The notes below the pieces were generated by a model. The model was not told where the DNA came from. It saw only the letters and a program-made list of their open reading frames with translations, and did not search any database. From assembly GCA_016748015.1 (NCBI GenBank), contig JAAOMT010000479.1:399824-463823 (forward strand): a stretch of 64,000 nt of DNA. The letters run 5' to 3'. Of the stretch, positions 22,701-35,919 are shown in pieces (the stretch's first letter is position 1; each line of letters starts with the position of its first letter). This stretch comes from Geosiphon pyriformis uo1 (taxonomy: Eukaryota; Fungi; Glomeromycota). A program made the position numbers and the translations under genes.

Positions 22701-25700
22701 AAGCTGTTTTGATTAAAGCAATAGAATAAGTATTTATAAGAACACTCTTTTATTTATATGGTTTGGAAATTATTGAGATCCAAACCTCTCTCCAAAAACT
22801 GGACATTAATTTACTGAACAAACAAAAATTCAAAAGCACTAAAAGCATATTCAAAACTAATTTGTCACAATGTTTCCAAAGCTTATTTAAAATACCAGAA
22901 AAACTAATAGCTTTGCCATTAAACAGATCTGAAATCACAGAAAACAATTTATTAGAATTGACTGAACACATAATATTTGAAAAATCACTATCAAAAACAT
23001 ACTCCAATAGTTAATATTAATATGACCAATTATTAAAGATATTAGTAATTACTCTATGTTTCCTAGTCTATCTTTTTATAATTACATTTATCTTAGCCTT
23101 AACCAAATCAGGCTTTAGAATCAAATTATTATTAATAATTAGATAGTTCAACACCACTTTGCAAAAAAATTGCTCCAAAATATTTCTGATAATATGATTC
23201 TTATTTATCTCAAAATTCTCTATTTTTTTATTTATAGCAAGTCAAATGCTTAATTTTTCAGCTTTTAAAGATTTGACAAGTTTGTTAACATGATACAACT
23301 TCTTTATGCTGAAAAAAAAAACACATATGATCAGAACTAGTACTAGCATTCAATAAAATTTGAATAATTAAAATTTTATTATTATTCAAGAAAGTTCAAC
23401 AATTCATCAAAGAAGCAAACTCCCCATCAAAACTTATACAGGAAAGCTTAACAATTTTTGACACTAAAATTTTTAATCTGTAAAACTTAGAAGATTTTTT
23501 GATGTAAACACCATTGAAGTTTTTAAATCATTTTTTTTTAAACACTTTATAAGCTGAGAAGATTACCACTTTTCAGACAGTATCTTATAAAGCATCCAAA
23601 TTAGAAAATCTCTTAAAAGCAACAAACTTATTAGAAAACATAGCCAGAAGTCTTCTTAAATTTGTACCAAACTGTTTTATTAGCACTCTTAATGTTAAAT
23701 TTCTAACAATTTTTATTTGCTTATTTGTACAGCAAGTTTAGCCATTTATCCAACAAACCATTCAAGCCAATAGAAATAGAAACAGCTCAGTAATTAGTAT
23801 TGAAATAGTCCCTAATATTTACTATATTATGATTTATTACTGCATTAACCAAGTTCAAAAAAACAAACACATAATCAATTATCCTTATGACTTCTCAAAA
23901 ATTGTTTCATGTCAATGTTTTTGCAAATAAGCTCTTGACCAATGAATTAACCAGTCTCAAATCAAGGCATTTTTTGAAACTAGTGTACTTATGAGAATCA
24001 TCTTCATTGAAATCACCACTTAATATGACAAAAAAAGATTCATTTACAGTCTTTACAATTAGAAGGTTAATTTCACTAGCTTGGGATAAATGAATTACTA
24101 AGAAAGCATTAACATAAAGCCCTAAAATCAAAACAGAAAGTTTATTTATGAAAAAAAGTTTGACAGAAAAAAACTAACCAGGCACTTCAGAAATTTTACA
24201 CATATGTCTTGCCAGAAAAATATCTATAACAATCATGACATCAGAACTCAAGTAGCCAGAGTTCAAACTAAAAGTAAATACACAAATACCATTAAATTTG
24301 TTAATTATCTATGAGCAAATTTTTTTTTTCAGTTTTATTTCCATGAAAATTGAAATCAAATTGTTTATATTTTTGTGCTACTGAATAATATTCACTTGCT
24401 TAGCAAAGTTATTTATGCTCTTTATATTACACATAGTTACCTTCCAAATAAGATCTGTTATTGAAATAAATAAGTGCCCAAACTTAAACCAATATTGTTA
24501 ATTCTGACCAAAAAACTTATAACTGTGTTTGATAAATTGCTTTTTTCTAACTTAGAAACTACTAAAAAGTTGAAACTCATTACTCCTACAACAGTTCTAA
24601 CACTAGTGATTACACTTGAACTCTTACTCATTACTATATTTGCTCCATGATTCTGTGATAAAAGAATTACTAACAGCTGACATTTAGGACTAGGCTGGAG
24701 AACTGTTGGCCCAAGTGTGTCCAATCTTTTAGCCAGCTTAGTAACTTGCTCCATAAGACTGTTAAAACTGCATTTAAGAGCAGCAAACCTACTATTTAAA
24801 TCCAAAGACACTAGCAAGATAGGTTTTATCTCTGAAAAAAAACCAGTACCAACTAAACTATTTTGTATAAAAAAAGAAGAAAAAGAAAATCTACTAACAA
24901 TCTTGGCCCAAGAGATATCACTAAAAGAAATAAAACAGGTAATTGACATTAAATGTTTAGCATAAATAGATACCAGTCTGCTTTTATCTTCTTCTAATAA
25001 CACTCTATAAGATGAGCCACCAGGGGAAATTTTTTCATCCACAAAGCAGTCCAATGAAATATGACCCAATTTTCCATACTTAGTATACTTAATAGAACTT
25101 AAATAAGACCAGCACAAATTGATATTTCTTAAAACAAACATGGTTCTCATAATTGCATTCAGCAACTTAGCTGAATAATAATTGATAATACATGTTTTCT
25201 CACTTACAAAACCAATGAAGTTCCAGATATTATAAGTATTAATATCTATTGGCAGTATATAGAGTAGCATTCTATACTGATTTTTTGTATCTTATAATTT
25301 CTTGTTTAAATTTGTCTTAGCTATTCACATGGTATTTTTTCCAATTAGAATAGACTATTTAGAAGCAGCCAAATCAGCATAATTAACTTATTCAAATTCT
25401 ACCACAGTCTTTTACCAAAAACCAATCAATTGTATCTTGATTGACTTAATTATACCAAACTCAGATAGCACAAAATGCATAGCCTCAGCTAAAGTACCAA
25501 TTGGAATTTCTTTTAACACCATAACCTGATTTAAATGCCCAGTATATTTTTTGAGATTGGTGTTTACCAAGATTATTGTTATCTTTGCCACATTAGAAGC
25601 TTAAACCAAGCTAGATTTAGAAGTAAACATAGCTCTAATAATTTCAGCAAATTTTGAGGGAGTAAAAACTTTCCTAAAACTATTAATTTTTAAAAACATT

Positions 25701-26345
25701 CTTTTGACTACTATAAGCTTCTTTTAAGAGAAATTTCTAGCCATCTTATTTAAACCAATATTCAAAGCAAATAATTTTCTAACAAAAACATTGACCAAAT
25801 TCTTTAAAGAAGAGGAAAATATTAAAGGAGTGTTCAACAGAATATTATTATTATTATTATTTAAGAAACCAATCTTTCCCAAAGATTTTTCTAAAGCCTT
25901 TTTGGTTTGTATTTGTAAATCTTTAGGTGTTTAATTAGAATTTTTACCAGCAAAAGCATTATCTTTACCATAGTCAAAACTGGTCTTTTCAACTAGACAC
26001 TCGTTTTCTATGTTAATATTGTTTGATTCAGTAGTATTACCAGTTTCAGAACTTTATGAATAATCATCCAATTTTTTAGAAAAAACTTCCTTGTTATTGA
26101 TATTATCTTCTAAAGTATTTTCTTTTCTTTTTTTCTTAAATATAGCAGGTTTAATACCAACACCAAAACCAGAATTCTTGAGAGTTTTTTTCATAACAGC
26201 AATATTAAAACCAATAGTGGCCTCATAATTAAGCAAAAACAGTTCGAATTTATTGTATTAAATGATAAAAAACTTCTTTTGAAAAACTTTTTGGCTTTTT
26301 TTTGAGAATTATGAACAAAAGAGAAAAAGAGATTTTTTTTTTCTT
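19725..26345 (-). mobile_element. LINE 1: full-length degenerate non-LTR retrotransposon (ORF1; ORF2 with APE endonuclease-RT-RNase H-CCHC)
   Basis: ORF1 pieces 24458-26236; EN SGDFNED (23907-24131); RT FVNNTIW (21836-22198); RH VYINKSL...ELQAI...ADSQA; 3' tail motif 19730-19865. Confidence 0.9.
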
Positions 26346-27047
26346 TTTTATTTAAATAATATTATAACTTAATTATTTATTTTTTTGGTTATTATTTAGT
26401 TGATTATTACTTGATTTTTTGGTATTTTATAATTTGGAATTTAATTTTATATTATTTTAGCACTTTTTGGTAATTATTAAACAATATTTAACATAATAAA
26501 AAAGCAGATTTTTAATTATAAAAAACACTTTAAACCAACAAATATTTTATTTTTGCTTTTTTTTGAAAAAATACATTTTTAAATATTAAAGTATATTATA
26601 AGAAAAACGAAATTATTAAACAAATGATCTTTTAGACATGTTTTTATATAAAAAAGAAAATGTTTAAAAAATTTTTAAAATAACTTTAAAAATCATTTTT
26701 AAATATGCAATACATTTTATTTGCACATGATTTATTATATAGTAATCATGTAATTTATTATTTTATTAATAAAATAACTATTTTTTCATACATAATACAT
26801 GTATCAAAATTTTAGCAATAACACAATATTTGATGTCTTTAAAGTATCTGCACTATAAATAAAAAAGTACATAATAACCAGTTAATAACTTTGTAAAATA
26901 TAAGTTAATATGCTTAACTTAACATAAGTCTAAGGAATAGTCCACATCTAATTTTAAACATGTATATGTTAAATAAACTTTTATATTTTAAATGCAGAAA
27001 AATTGAAAAATTAAATTCCTAATTGTCGATCAACCCCAGTTTGCAAG

Positions 27048-28125
27048 ATGTTTTGCTATAATGGGTTGAAAAAGGTGTGGGGCCAATTCAAGGAATTTTT
27101 AGACAAGCGAGGAGGGAATGTTGTTGATTTGGGTGTTGGTATGTCGTGGAAACTAGTTCAAAGAGTTGTAAGGTGGAAAAGTTCAGAGCTTGAGCCGTCT
27201 TCCACCTTTCGCATTTTTAAAGGTTTCATTTTATCATGAAATCTCTTATCATTTTGTGGGTTCTTTTGATCAGGTATCATAATTGGCACTGCTTTCTCGA
27301 GTTTGGTTAATTCTTTCGTGGTTTGTATTTGTTCAGTTGTTCAAATTCACTTCACGATATAATTTATATATTGATCTAGGTGAATGTTTAATGTTCCCTA
27401 TTTTTTCTTGCAAGTCAGAACGACATTTTATCGCCACCATTGGGTTTGCTATTTAGTGGTTAGTATTTCTTAAAGATAGATCAATTTTACCGTTGGTATT
27501 TCGCTAATTGTTTCAAATATCTTTCATCGGACCTTAGGATCGAATTTAGCTAATTGGTTTATTATTATTCGGCCGGGTCAAACCCCTGGGGAAAAATACC
27601 ATACACCCGAAGAAGCACAAGCTGATGGTGCTGTGTAAGTTTCACTCAAGATAATATTAAAATCATTGTTTGATTGGTTTTCCGAGTAATTTTCCCTGAT
27701 CACGCTGTCATTTTTGCGATGAAACTTTCTAGAACAGAAAATATAGGTCGTTTTATAAATAATATGATTCAATTCGTCATTCTCGCCTCCGCCTTGTTTT
27801 GGATTGTACTTGGTAACATTAGAAGATGCCTGAATTAGATATAAGCACACTTATTGAAGCTTTTAATGTTCATGTAGGTTTCGAGGTTCTTCAAAAAAGA
27901 GCTCAAAATCTGCGAAAGAGAGAGATGGGCATTGCAGAGGGAGAACCAACAGAGGTCCCGTGCCCATGGTGCAAAACTGAAGTACCAAAAGATGCTATCA
28001 AATGTAAATTTTGTTGTAGTTTTTTAAACGAAAAACCTCCTGTGAAGCCAACTGCCACAGTCCCAACTGTAGATGAAGGGCAAAATAATCCACCAGCAAT
28101 ATCTGAAACCTTAATTGATGTTTAA
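27048..28125 (+). CDS. mscL: Large-conductance mechanosensitive channel, 200 aa, 6 exons (27048-27138, 27274-27320, 27419-27458, 27538-27634, 27733-27812, 27878-28125)
   Basis: All five introns are GT-AG and the exon sum of 603 nt is in frame. Protein: [42 protein letters not shown] (MscL S1/TM1), EEAQADGAVTENIGRFINNMIQFVILASALFWIV (loop/TM2), CPWC-x10-CKFC tail. Confidence 0.93.
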
Positions 28126-28369
28126 GCCATTTTTCTTTCGTAATATTTCATAGTTTCTGCCAAACTTGGGTTTCAGTTGAAGACGGTCAAAATATTTATT
28201 TCTTATAGCACTTTTATTATTAATTTCATAAATTCAACTATGTTTTTGGTGCAACCAAATCACTTGTGACGTTTGTAGTGGCTTGGCAGTTGGCTGAAAT
28301 TTTTATTTTAAGCAAAAAATGTTTCTTATATTTTTCATAATTGGCTTTTTATTTAGAACTTTTACATTT

Positions 28370-29165
28370 GTTATATCAAAATACATTTTTTGTTTTTATA
28401 ACAAAACCAAATAGAATTTGTATTTTTGTTTTGTAATTACAGTTTTATTGGCTTTTATAAGTATTATAAAAAAATTTTACACTTATTACATATGACCAGT
28501 CATTTAAATTAATCAAAATTACACTATAAATAATAACAAAAATATTATTTTCCAAATTTGAAAAAAGCAAATAATTTTAAACCCAAAATTGATTAAATAA
28601 TTTTTAATAATACTTAATATTATTACAACACTTTTAAAAAACAATATAAAAAAGCTCTATATATTATTAAATATTATAATATTAACTTTAATCAAACTTT
28701 ATTTTTTAAAATTTATTTTTAATTTAATATTAAATAACTAATTTTTTTTTGTAATTAACAATTAAATTATAAAAAAACCAATTAGTTAAAAACATGTACT
28801 TAATATTACTAAGAATTGTTAAAATTTTATTAAACCAATTTCTTAAAATAAAACTTTTATAAATAATTTTATATAGAATTAGTTATTTTTATTATACTTA
28901 TACAATAATTAAAGCATTAAAAAACAATATTTGTGTTAATTAATTTCTTTTAATATGCTAAAAATTTATTTACAATATTTTTTTAATTAATAAAATTATA
29001 TAATTTGATATTTTAATTTTATTATAATAAATACATAATATACTAAAAAAATTTTGTATAATGTTTTTATTTTATAAGTTTATTAACAAGTTAATAAACT
29101 AAATTTTATATAAAAATTTAAATATTATATTAAAATTATATATTTTTAATTTATATTTTATATTA
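28370..29165 (-). mobile_element. Extremely eroded LINE 3' remnant
   Basis: 28481-28530 on the minus strand reads TAGTGTAATTTTGATTAATTTAAATGACTGGTCATATGTAA, a mutated form of the shared LINE tail; the rest is nearly pure AT. Confidence 0.55.
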
Positions 29166-29174
29166 AAAAAAAAA

Positions 29175-32100
29175 CTTTTTTCTCTCATTCATCTCAAAAT
29201 TTCCAAAAAAGAGTCAGTAATTTTTTTGAAAGAAGTTTTTTCAACATTTAGTACGATAAAACCAAACTCTTTTTTGATTTTAAGGCTACTGTTAGCCTTA
29301 GTATTGTCATTATAAAAAAAGTTGTTAAAGATTCTGGCTCTGGGAGTGGTTTTAAGCCTGTTTTGTTAAGAAAAAAGAGAAAAAGTGTCATTTTAGAGAA
29401 GGGTGTTGGTAGCAAAGAAATGCCTACTGAAGTGCCAAGTGGTCATTCTTGTGGTTCTAAGACTGGTAACACCACCAAGTCTGAAAGCATCAATATAAAG
29501 AAAAAATGTTTGGTTGAAGAAACCAGCTTTAACTATGGTAAAAGAGGCACCATCATTGATGGAAATCATGATTATATGCCTAAAAGACCAAGTGTCAAAA
29601 CCACTAAAGTATTGAGCAAGTCATTGGATAAGATAAATTTCTCAGAACATAATGATGATGATGATATTCTTTTGGATATCTCTTTGAAGCTTCCTTCTTT
29701 CTTGAAAGATTTGGTCACTGTTTTTGTTAGAAAATCTTTTGCTTTGAATATTGGCTTGAATAAAGTGGTTAGAAAATTCTCTCAAGAAAAGTTAATGGTG
29801 GTTAGAAAATTGTTTTCAAAAGTTAATGGTTTTGGAGAAGCTTCTACTTCCTCAAAATTTTCAGAGATCATTTGTGCTTCCTTTATTTTCAAATCTAGTT
29901 TGGTGCAGGTGATGGAAAAAGCAAAAGCAGCAGACATTTTAGTAAACACTAATCTCAAAAAATTAACTGGTCATTCAGATTAAGCTGTAGTGATAAAGAA
30001 AATTCCAGTTGGAACATTGGCTGAGACTGTGCATGCTGTGCTTTCTGAATTTGGTTCTGTTGTGTCAATCAAGATGCAATTGGTAGGGCTATGGCAAAAG
30101 GCTGTGGTTGAATTTGCCAAATCGGATTAGGCTGATTTGGTCACAGCTAGATGGTCTATCTTGATTGGGAAAAATGCTATAAGAGTGGCCAAGGCTAATA
30201 TAAATAAGAAATTATGAGATACAAGAGATCAGCATAGGGCTTTGCTTTATACACTGCTGATGGGCACAAATGCTCATAATATTTGGGACTTTATTGGTTC
30301 TGTAGGTAGAAAAACATGTGTTATTAATTGACACTCTGTTACATATGCCTGGGCCAGATGTGTTGTTGTTTGTTTTGACTTTGATGCTTCAATTAGTGCT
30401 GTTATGGAAACTACATCTGTCTTAAAAGATGCTAATTTGCATTGGTTCTACCTGGATTCTGCTAAGTATGCTAAGTATGAGAATTTGGGTCATATATTTC
30501 TAAGTTGTTCTGTGGGTGAGAAAACTTCTTCTAGTGGACTAACTCGCAGAATATTGTCGGATGATGATAAAAGCAGATTGGCTTCCATTTATGCTAAGCA
30601 CTCTGCTCCAATCTCTTGTTCTGTTTCTTTTGGTGGTGTCTTATGGGCCAATATTGTTGGTGAGTCTTCATTTCCTCCTTTCCCTGTACAAAATGGCTCA
30701 GCTTCTTCTGGTTCTTTTTCAAAGATGAAACCTACTCCAATGATGTCTATGGAATTGAATGATAGGTTTGTCACTCTTGAATATAGTCTTGCCAGTTTTG
30801 CGAAATACATTGACAAGTTGGTTAAAAGATTGGACTTATCTGGGCCAATAGTTTTTCAATCTAGTCCTGGATGTTAGTCATTGGTAACCTCTTCATCACA
30901 AAATCAAGAGATAGATATAGTAATAAGTGAGAGTTCAGGTGTGGCTATTGGTGGTAAGATTATTGCAGAAGTGGTGGTTATTGGTTCTTCAGTTATCTCT
31001 AAGATGAAAAAAACTCTGAACAATCTTTCAATCATGGTTATGGGCCTCTTGGCCAAAATTGACAATGCTGGTTTGGTTCCTACTGTTCATTTTTCTCAAT
31101 AATAGATCTGGTTTGGAAAATTGCAACATGCAATGTTTGTGGTATCAATGTTTCTGTCAAGCAGAAAGATGTTATTTGTTGGCATGTAGATTCTGGAAGT
31201 ATGGTTTCTATTGTTATGGAGACAAAATTGAGATCCAATATTAGGCCTTGGATTATAAACAAGTTTGATAGAGTGAAAATATTCTTTTCTGGTTTGGACA
31301 AAAAATTTCTTGGTACAAGGGTGGCAATCATTATAAACAACTCTTTTGCACGTCATGTTTCTAAGATTGAGGAGATTCCTGGTCATCTTGTTTCTGTTTG
31401 GCTTTTTTTCAAGAACAAGTTGTTAGTAATAATTTTGGGCCTATATGTAGGTGCTTCTGCTGAAACCAGATTTGGCCAAGTTTGCAAAATCAACTTTATT
31501 ATTGCCAAGACTGCTAATTCCTCCATGTTTATGGTTTTGGGCAGTAATTTCAATAAGGATGGATCCAGAAAGAGTGCTAGCTTTAAGTTTTGCTTAGATT
31601 TGGGGTTGGTTAACTCCTTTAGTGAACACTTTTTGGTCAAAAGCTTCCACTTGGAGTTCCATGAAAGTTATCAACTACATTTTCATAAGCAAGAATTTGT
31701 CATCTATGTTGGCTGGTCACAAAGTCACTCCTGTCTCTGATTTTTTTAACACTGATCATAATGCTGTTCTGGTTTCAGTTGGTTTGAGTGGTCTTTTAGA
31801 TGCCCAGCTCAATGATGTAAACAGGCCAATAAGGATAAGTGAAAATTCAAGATCAAGAATGCTGATGCTAACAAATAGATACACTTTAGGGAACATTCAC
31901 TGGACAAGTTCTTGGAGTATATGGATATGTTCAATGTTGCAAAAGATACTAAAAATTTGGATGCTATGTGGAAAATTTTTAAGAAAGTGGTCATAAGCTC
32001 AGCTGACAGTGTGTTTTCTAGACACTGGTTTAGCAAGTTTGATTGTCAAAAAAATAAGCTGTCTTCAAAATTCTTTAAGCTGGAATTGTTGGTGGCCAAG

Positions 32101-35100
32101 TTGGTGAAGTGTTTGAGCTTAGGTCAGAAATCAGAAGCTGTTTGTCTTTTTAAGGTGTGGTCTACTATTAATAGTAAGAGAGTCTCCAAAGGATGCACAA
32201 TGTTTGATAATAGTGAAAGCAGGGAAAGCATTTTTCAACACCTATTAAGAGTTAAAAAATTGTACAGAAAGTCCAAATACTATGAATCTAAGATGACCAG
32301 AGATATTTCAATCAGAAAGGCAATAGACAAGCACATAAAAATCTTCAGCTCTAATAAAGAACATATGATCAAAAGTGTTTTGGAATGGCCATTCAAGAAA
32401 GTAGTGCTGGACCATCTAATTGTAGATGATAAGTTAATTTTGGAACCCAAGAAAGTTTTATCTGCTGTTAATGATATCATGGAAAGATGGACAAAAAAAT
32501 GAGTTGCTCTTATCTCTATGCCTGTTTATTGGTCTAATCAATATGCTCTCTTGGGCTATATCAATGATAATATATTTTCAAATGTTATGGGTGTGATTGG
32601 ATCAGATAAGTTTTTTTTGGTGATCAAAAACCTGCCTAATGGGAAAGCTGTTGGCATTTTTGGTATTCTTAATGAGCTTTGGAAGCATGAAGATATGCAG
32701 GTTCTGTGTGGTTTGTTGAACATTCTCAATGTGTGTTTGGAGTTGGATGTGGTCTTTCTACAGTAGAGGCAAGTCTAGATTTCTATAATACCAAAACCAT
32801 ATGACTGGGAAAGAATATTTACCAATACCAGACTTATAGCTTTAGTTGAAATGACCAAAAAAATACTGTCTAAGGTTTGTTCTGACAGGATATCTCTGGC
32901 ATGCAGTAAATTTAATATTCTTTGTGGTGATAATTTCTCAGTTTTAAAGAGTATGTCTACTCAAACTTCAATTTTTACTATTGGCTTTATCATTGAGGAT
33001 GCACTTAAAAAGAGCAGAGAGCTGTGGCTGGTACTTTAAGATATACAAAAAGCTTATGACTCAGTCAGATGGCCCCATTTGTGGAACAATTTAGTTAGGA
33101 TCAAAATGTGCTTTTGTTTTATTGAATTTTTTGAAAACATACACAATAGTCGAACCAACTGGATGATGACAAACTTTGGACTTACTAATGGATATACTGT
33201 TCATGATGGATTAGGATCAAGGGGAAGTTTTCTTGCCATTACTGTAGAGAATTTTCTATGATTCTTTGCTTTGTAAGATCAAAAAACATAAGCAATTGTG
33301 TAGATATAGATTAAATTCGAGATTTTTCACTAGAACTGGCAAAGCTGACTCTAAAGGTGGCAAAACTTCTTTTTTTGCAGCTGGTGTCTTTGTAAATGAT
33401 ACTATTTGGGTTGGTAACTGCCTGATGGCTATGCAATATATTTTGAACATTGTAAGTAAATTCTTCTTGATTAATAACATTGCTATTAACACAGACAAAA
33501 TGGTTGCCATTCCTATTAATCAAGGGGCCAGAGGTGTTTTATTGTCCATTAGTGGTTCTAAAATCTCTATTGCAAAAAAAGGTGAGTCTTACTGATACTT
33601 AGGGATCTTTTTTTCTATGAATAGCCTGTCTAAGCCAAGTCTGGCCAAAGCTCATTCAGATATCAGGTTTTTTTCAAATTTAGTTTTAAGAAAAGCCATC
33701 ACTAAAAAGCAGTTTTTATATTTGGTTTTTGCTGTTCTGTAGCCCATAATTGGTTATAGACTACAGTTCAGTTGTGTTTCTAAGGGTGTATGTGAAAAAT
33801 GGGACAGAATGTTAAGGAAGAGTTTAAAGCTCAAGACCAATCTGTCCAAGGATTTTCTAAATGAAGCTTTGTATCATTCAGAGCTATATAGTTTAAGAAC
33901 TTTTGGGCAAGTACTAGTTGAGAATTTGCTGGCTGGTCTGGTTAAGTTCACTAATGCTGATAGAATTCTTGGTGAATTATTCGAGCACAGAGCTATGAAG
34001 TTGCAGACTGTTAGCTGGATGCTTTGGCACCCTCTTAAATTTCTGATTAAGTTGCTGGTTAATCCTGTGAATTGCTTTTTGGCAGGCACAATACATGCTC
34101 TCAAGTTGTGCAATCTATCATTGGGCAGTGATCTGCCTAATGTTTTTCGGGCTGGAAATAGAATTGCAGTCTTAGATGTGCTCGGTTTTGAGTCTTATTT
34201 GGGCATAGCAAAGTCTCTTAGAAGATATGGTGTGATGTTTACAGATCAGTTTTTGGACTGCTGCGACAAGTGTTTCATGTGGAACACATTTTGCAGGTGG
34301 AAAAAGCTGGATCCTAGAGGCCCAGTTCCTGTCTGGTTTGCTTCTTTGGTTAAATTTATCATTGAAAGTGGCTTGTTGAATAGTGTGCTGTTGTCTTCTC
34401 ATTTTGTTCCTACTGATTTTTTTTGTAACTTTGGTTACATTGGTGAGCATCTGCTGAATTCTGGGTTGGGCTCTATAACTGTATACACAGATGGTTGCAT
34501 CAAAAATTTGGGTTTGGTGCGAGCTTGTGGTGGTGCTGCCATCTATTTTCTGGATGTGGACACTAGTGTTGAAATTAAGGTGGATGGATTGCTGTCATTA
34601 ACTCTGGTAGAAATACAAGTTATTACACTTGCTTGAAGTGTGTATCTACTTTCCAATCTGTCGACTTGTATACAGACAGCCAGGCATCACTAGACTTATG
34701 CTTATCCACTGGTGGTATGGCCAGTTCTGACTTTTGTGACAAATGCTAGATCAAAAAAAAACATATTTGCCATGTCATTTCCAAAAAAGATTTGTCAGTT
34801 ACATGAATTAAAGTTAAAGGCCATTCTGGTGTTATTGGAAATGAACATGCCAATTTCTATGCTGATGTGGCTATTACTTTTGGGTCCTTCCTGCTTTTTA
34901 TGATACCTTATCGCTTTCTTAATGTTGAAGGCAGATTTGTTTCTGGAAATGTTTGTCATGTTGCCAAAAAGTTATTCAATACTGTTCACTCTGTTTGTTG
35001 GAAGACCAGATGTGTTGATAGTATTATTAATGCAGGTCTCTGTAACTGTTTTAATAAAGTCAAGATCTTTTGTGTTTGGCATTCTAATGGCAAGATCAGA

Positions 35101-35900
35101 TCTGGTTACACTAGTGCTGTGTCAGCAACACTTCAGTCATACTTTATGAAGATGCTTCATCATCACTTGCCAGTGGCCAAAAGAAAAAAAATGTATAATT
35201 TGAATTACCTGAGTATTGCCTGCATTCAGTATGGTTTAGTAGAGGACTCCAATCATGTTTTTTCTTGTAGTTATGATATCAATGTTTGAAATACTTTGTT
35301 GTCTGATGCTGCTTTGGAGTAGAATGTGTTGCTAGGCACTTCTGTTAATAGAAATGCAGTTACTAATTCTCTGAATAAGGCTGCTACTTTTATAGACTTG
35401 TTCACAGCACTGGCTAAAGGTTTTGTGCTAAAGAGTTGGGTAGTTAACATGTTGGGTCATTTAGGTGTTGACTCTAATGGAAATGCATTGGTTGTTGATT
35501 TCGTTTGTCATTTTGCTAAGAGCCACAGGTCTGCTGTTTGGCTGCCAGCAGCTAAGTTGAGAGCCTATTATGAAAAATATAATCTTCTGCCATGTGATGC
35601 TTTTCTATTCTTTCAGTGTCTGGTTTGTCTTCTTTGTGATCTGCTAAAACTATCCAGGATTTCAGTTTTAGGTTGAGTATCCATGTGTGTTTTGGGTTAC
35701 ATCCATGTCTAACTAGATCAGATTTTGGTTTCTTGTATGATGTCTCTGTGGTAAAGAATTTAGGTGTGTAGTGCTGCCTTGATTGGCCCAAGTGGCTGGT
35801 TACATGTAAAAAAAGCATAAGCTATGCTTAATTTAGATTATGTTGATCTATGTATTTAGGTAGTAGTTGGGCTGCATGCATAAAACTTTTAATAAAAAAT
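29175..35900 (+). mobile_element. LINE 2: full-length degenerate (ORF1 ~29310-31102; ORF2 ~31102-35771)
   Basis: 5' region resembles the LINE 1 5' end; WKIATCNV EN start; RT FVNDTIW; RH VYTDGC...KVKGHSG..GNEHA; CIQYG..EDSNHVFSC; tail motif at 35781. Confidence 0.93.
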
Positions 35901-35919
35901 TAATATTAAATATAATAAT

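Noticed and set aside
27578-27850. Antisense 90-aa ORF over mscL, and the many other short antisense ORFs over TEs
   Set aside because: Shadow frames of real coding sequence with no recognisable motifs.
27048-28125. mscL as bacterial contamination or recent transfer
   Set aside because: It has five canonical spliceosomal introns and is embedded in eukaryotic retroelements.
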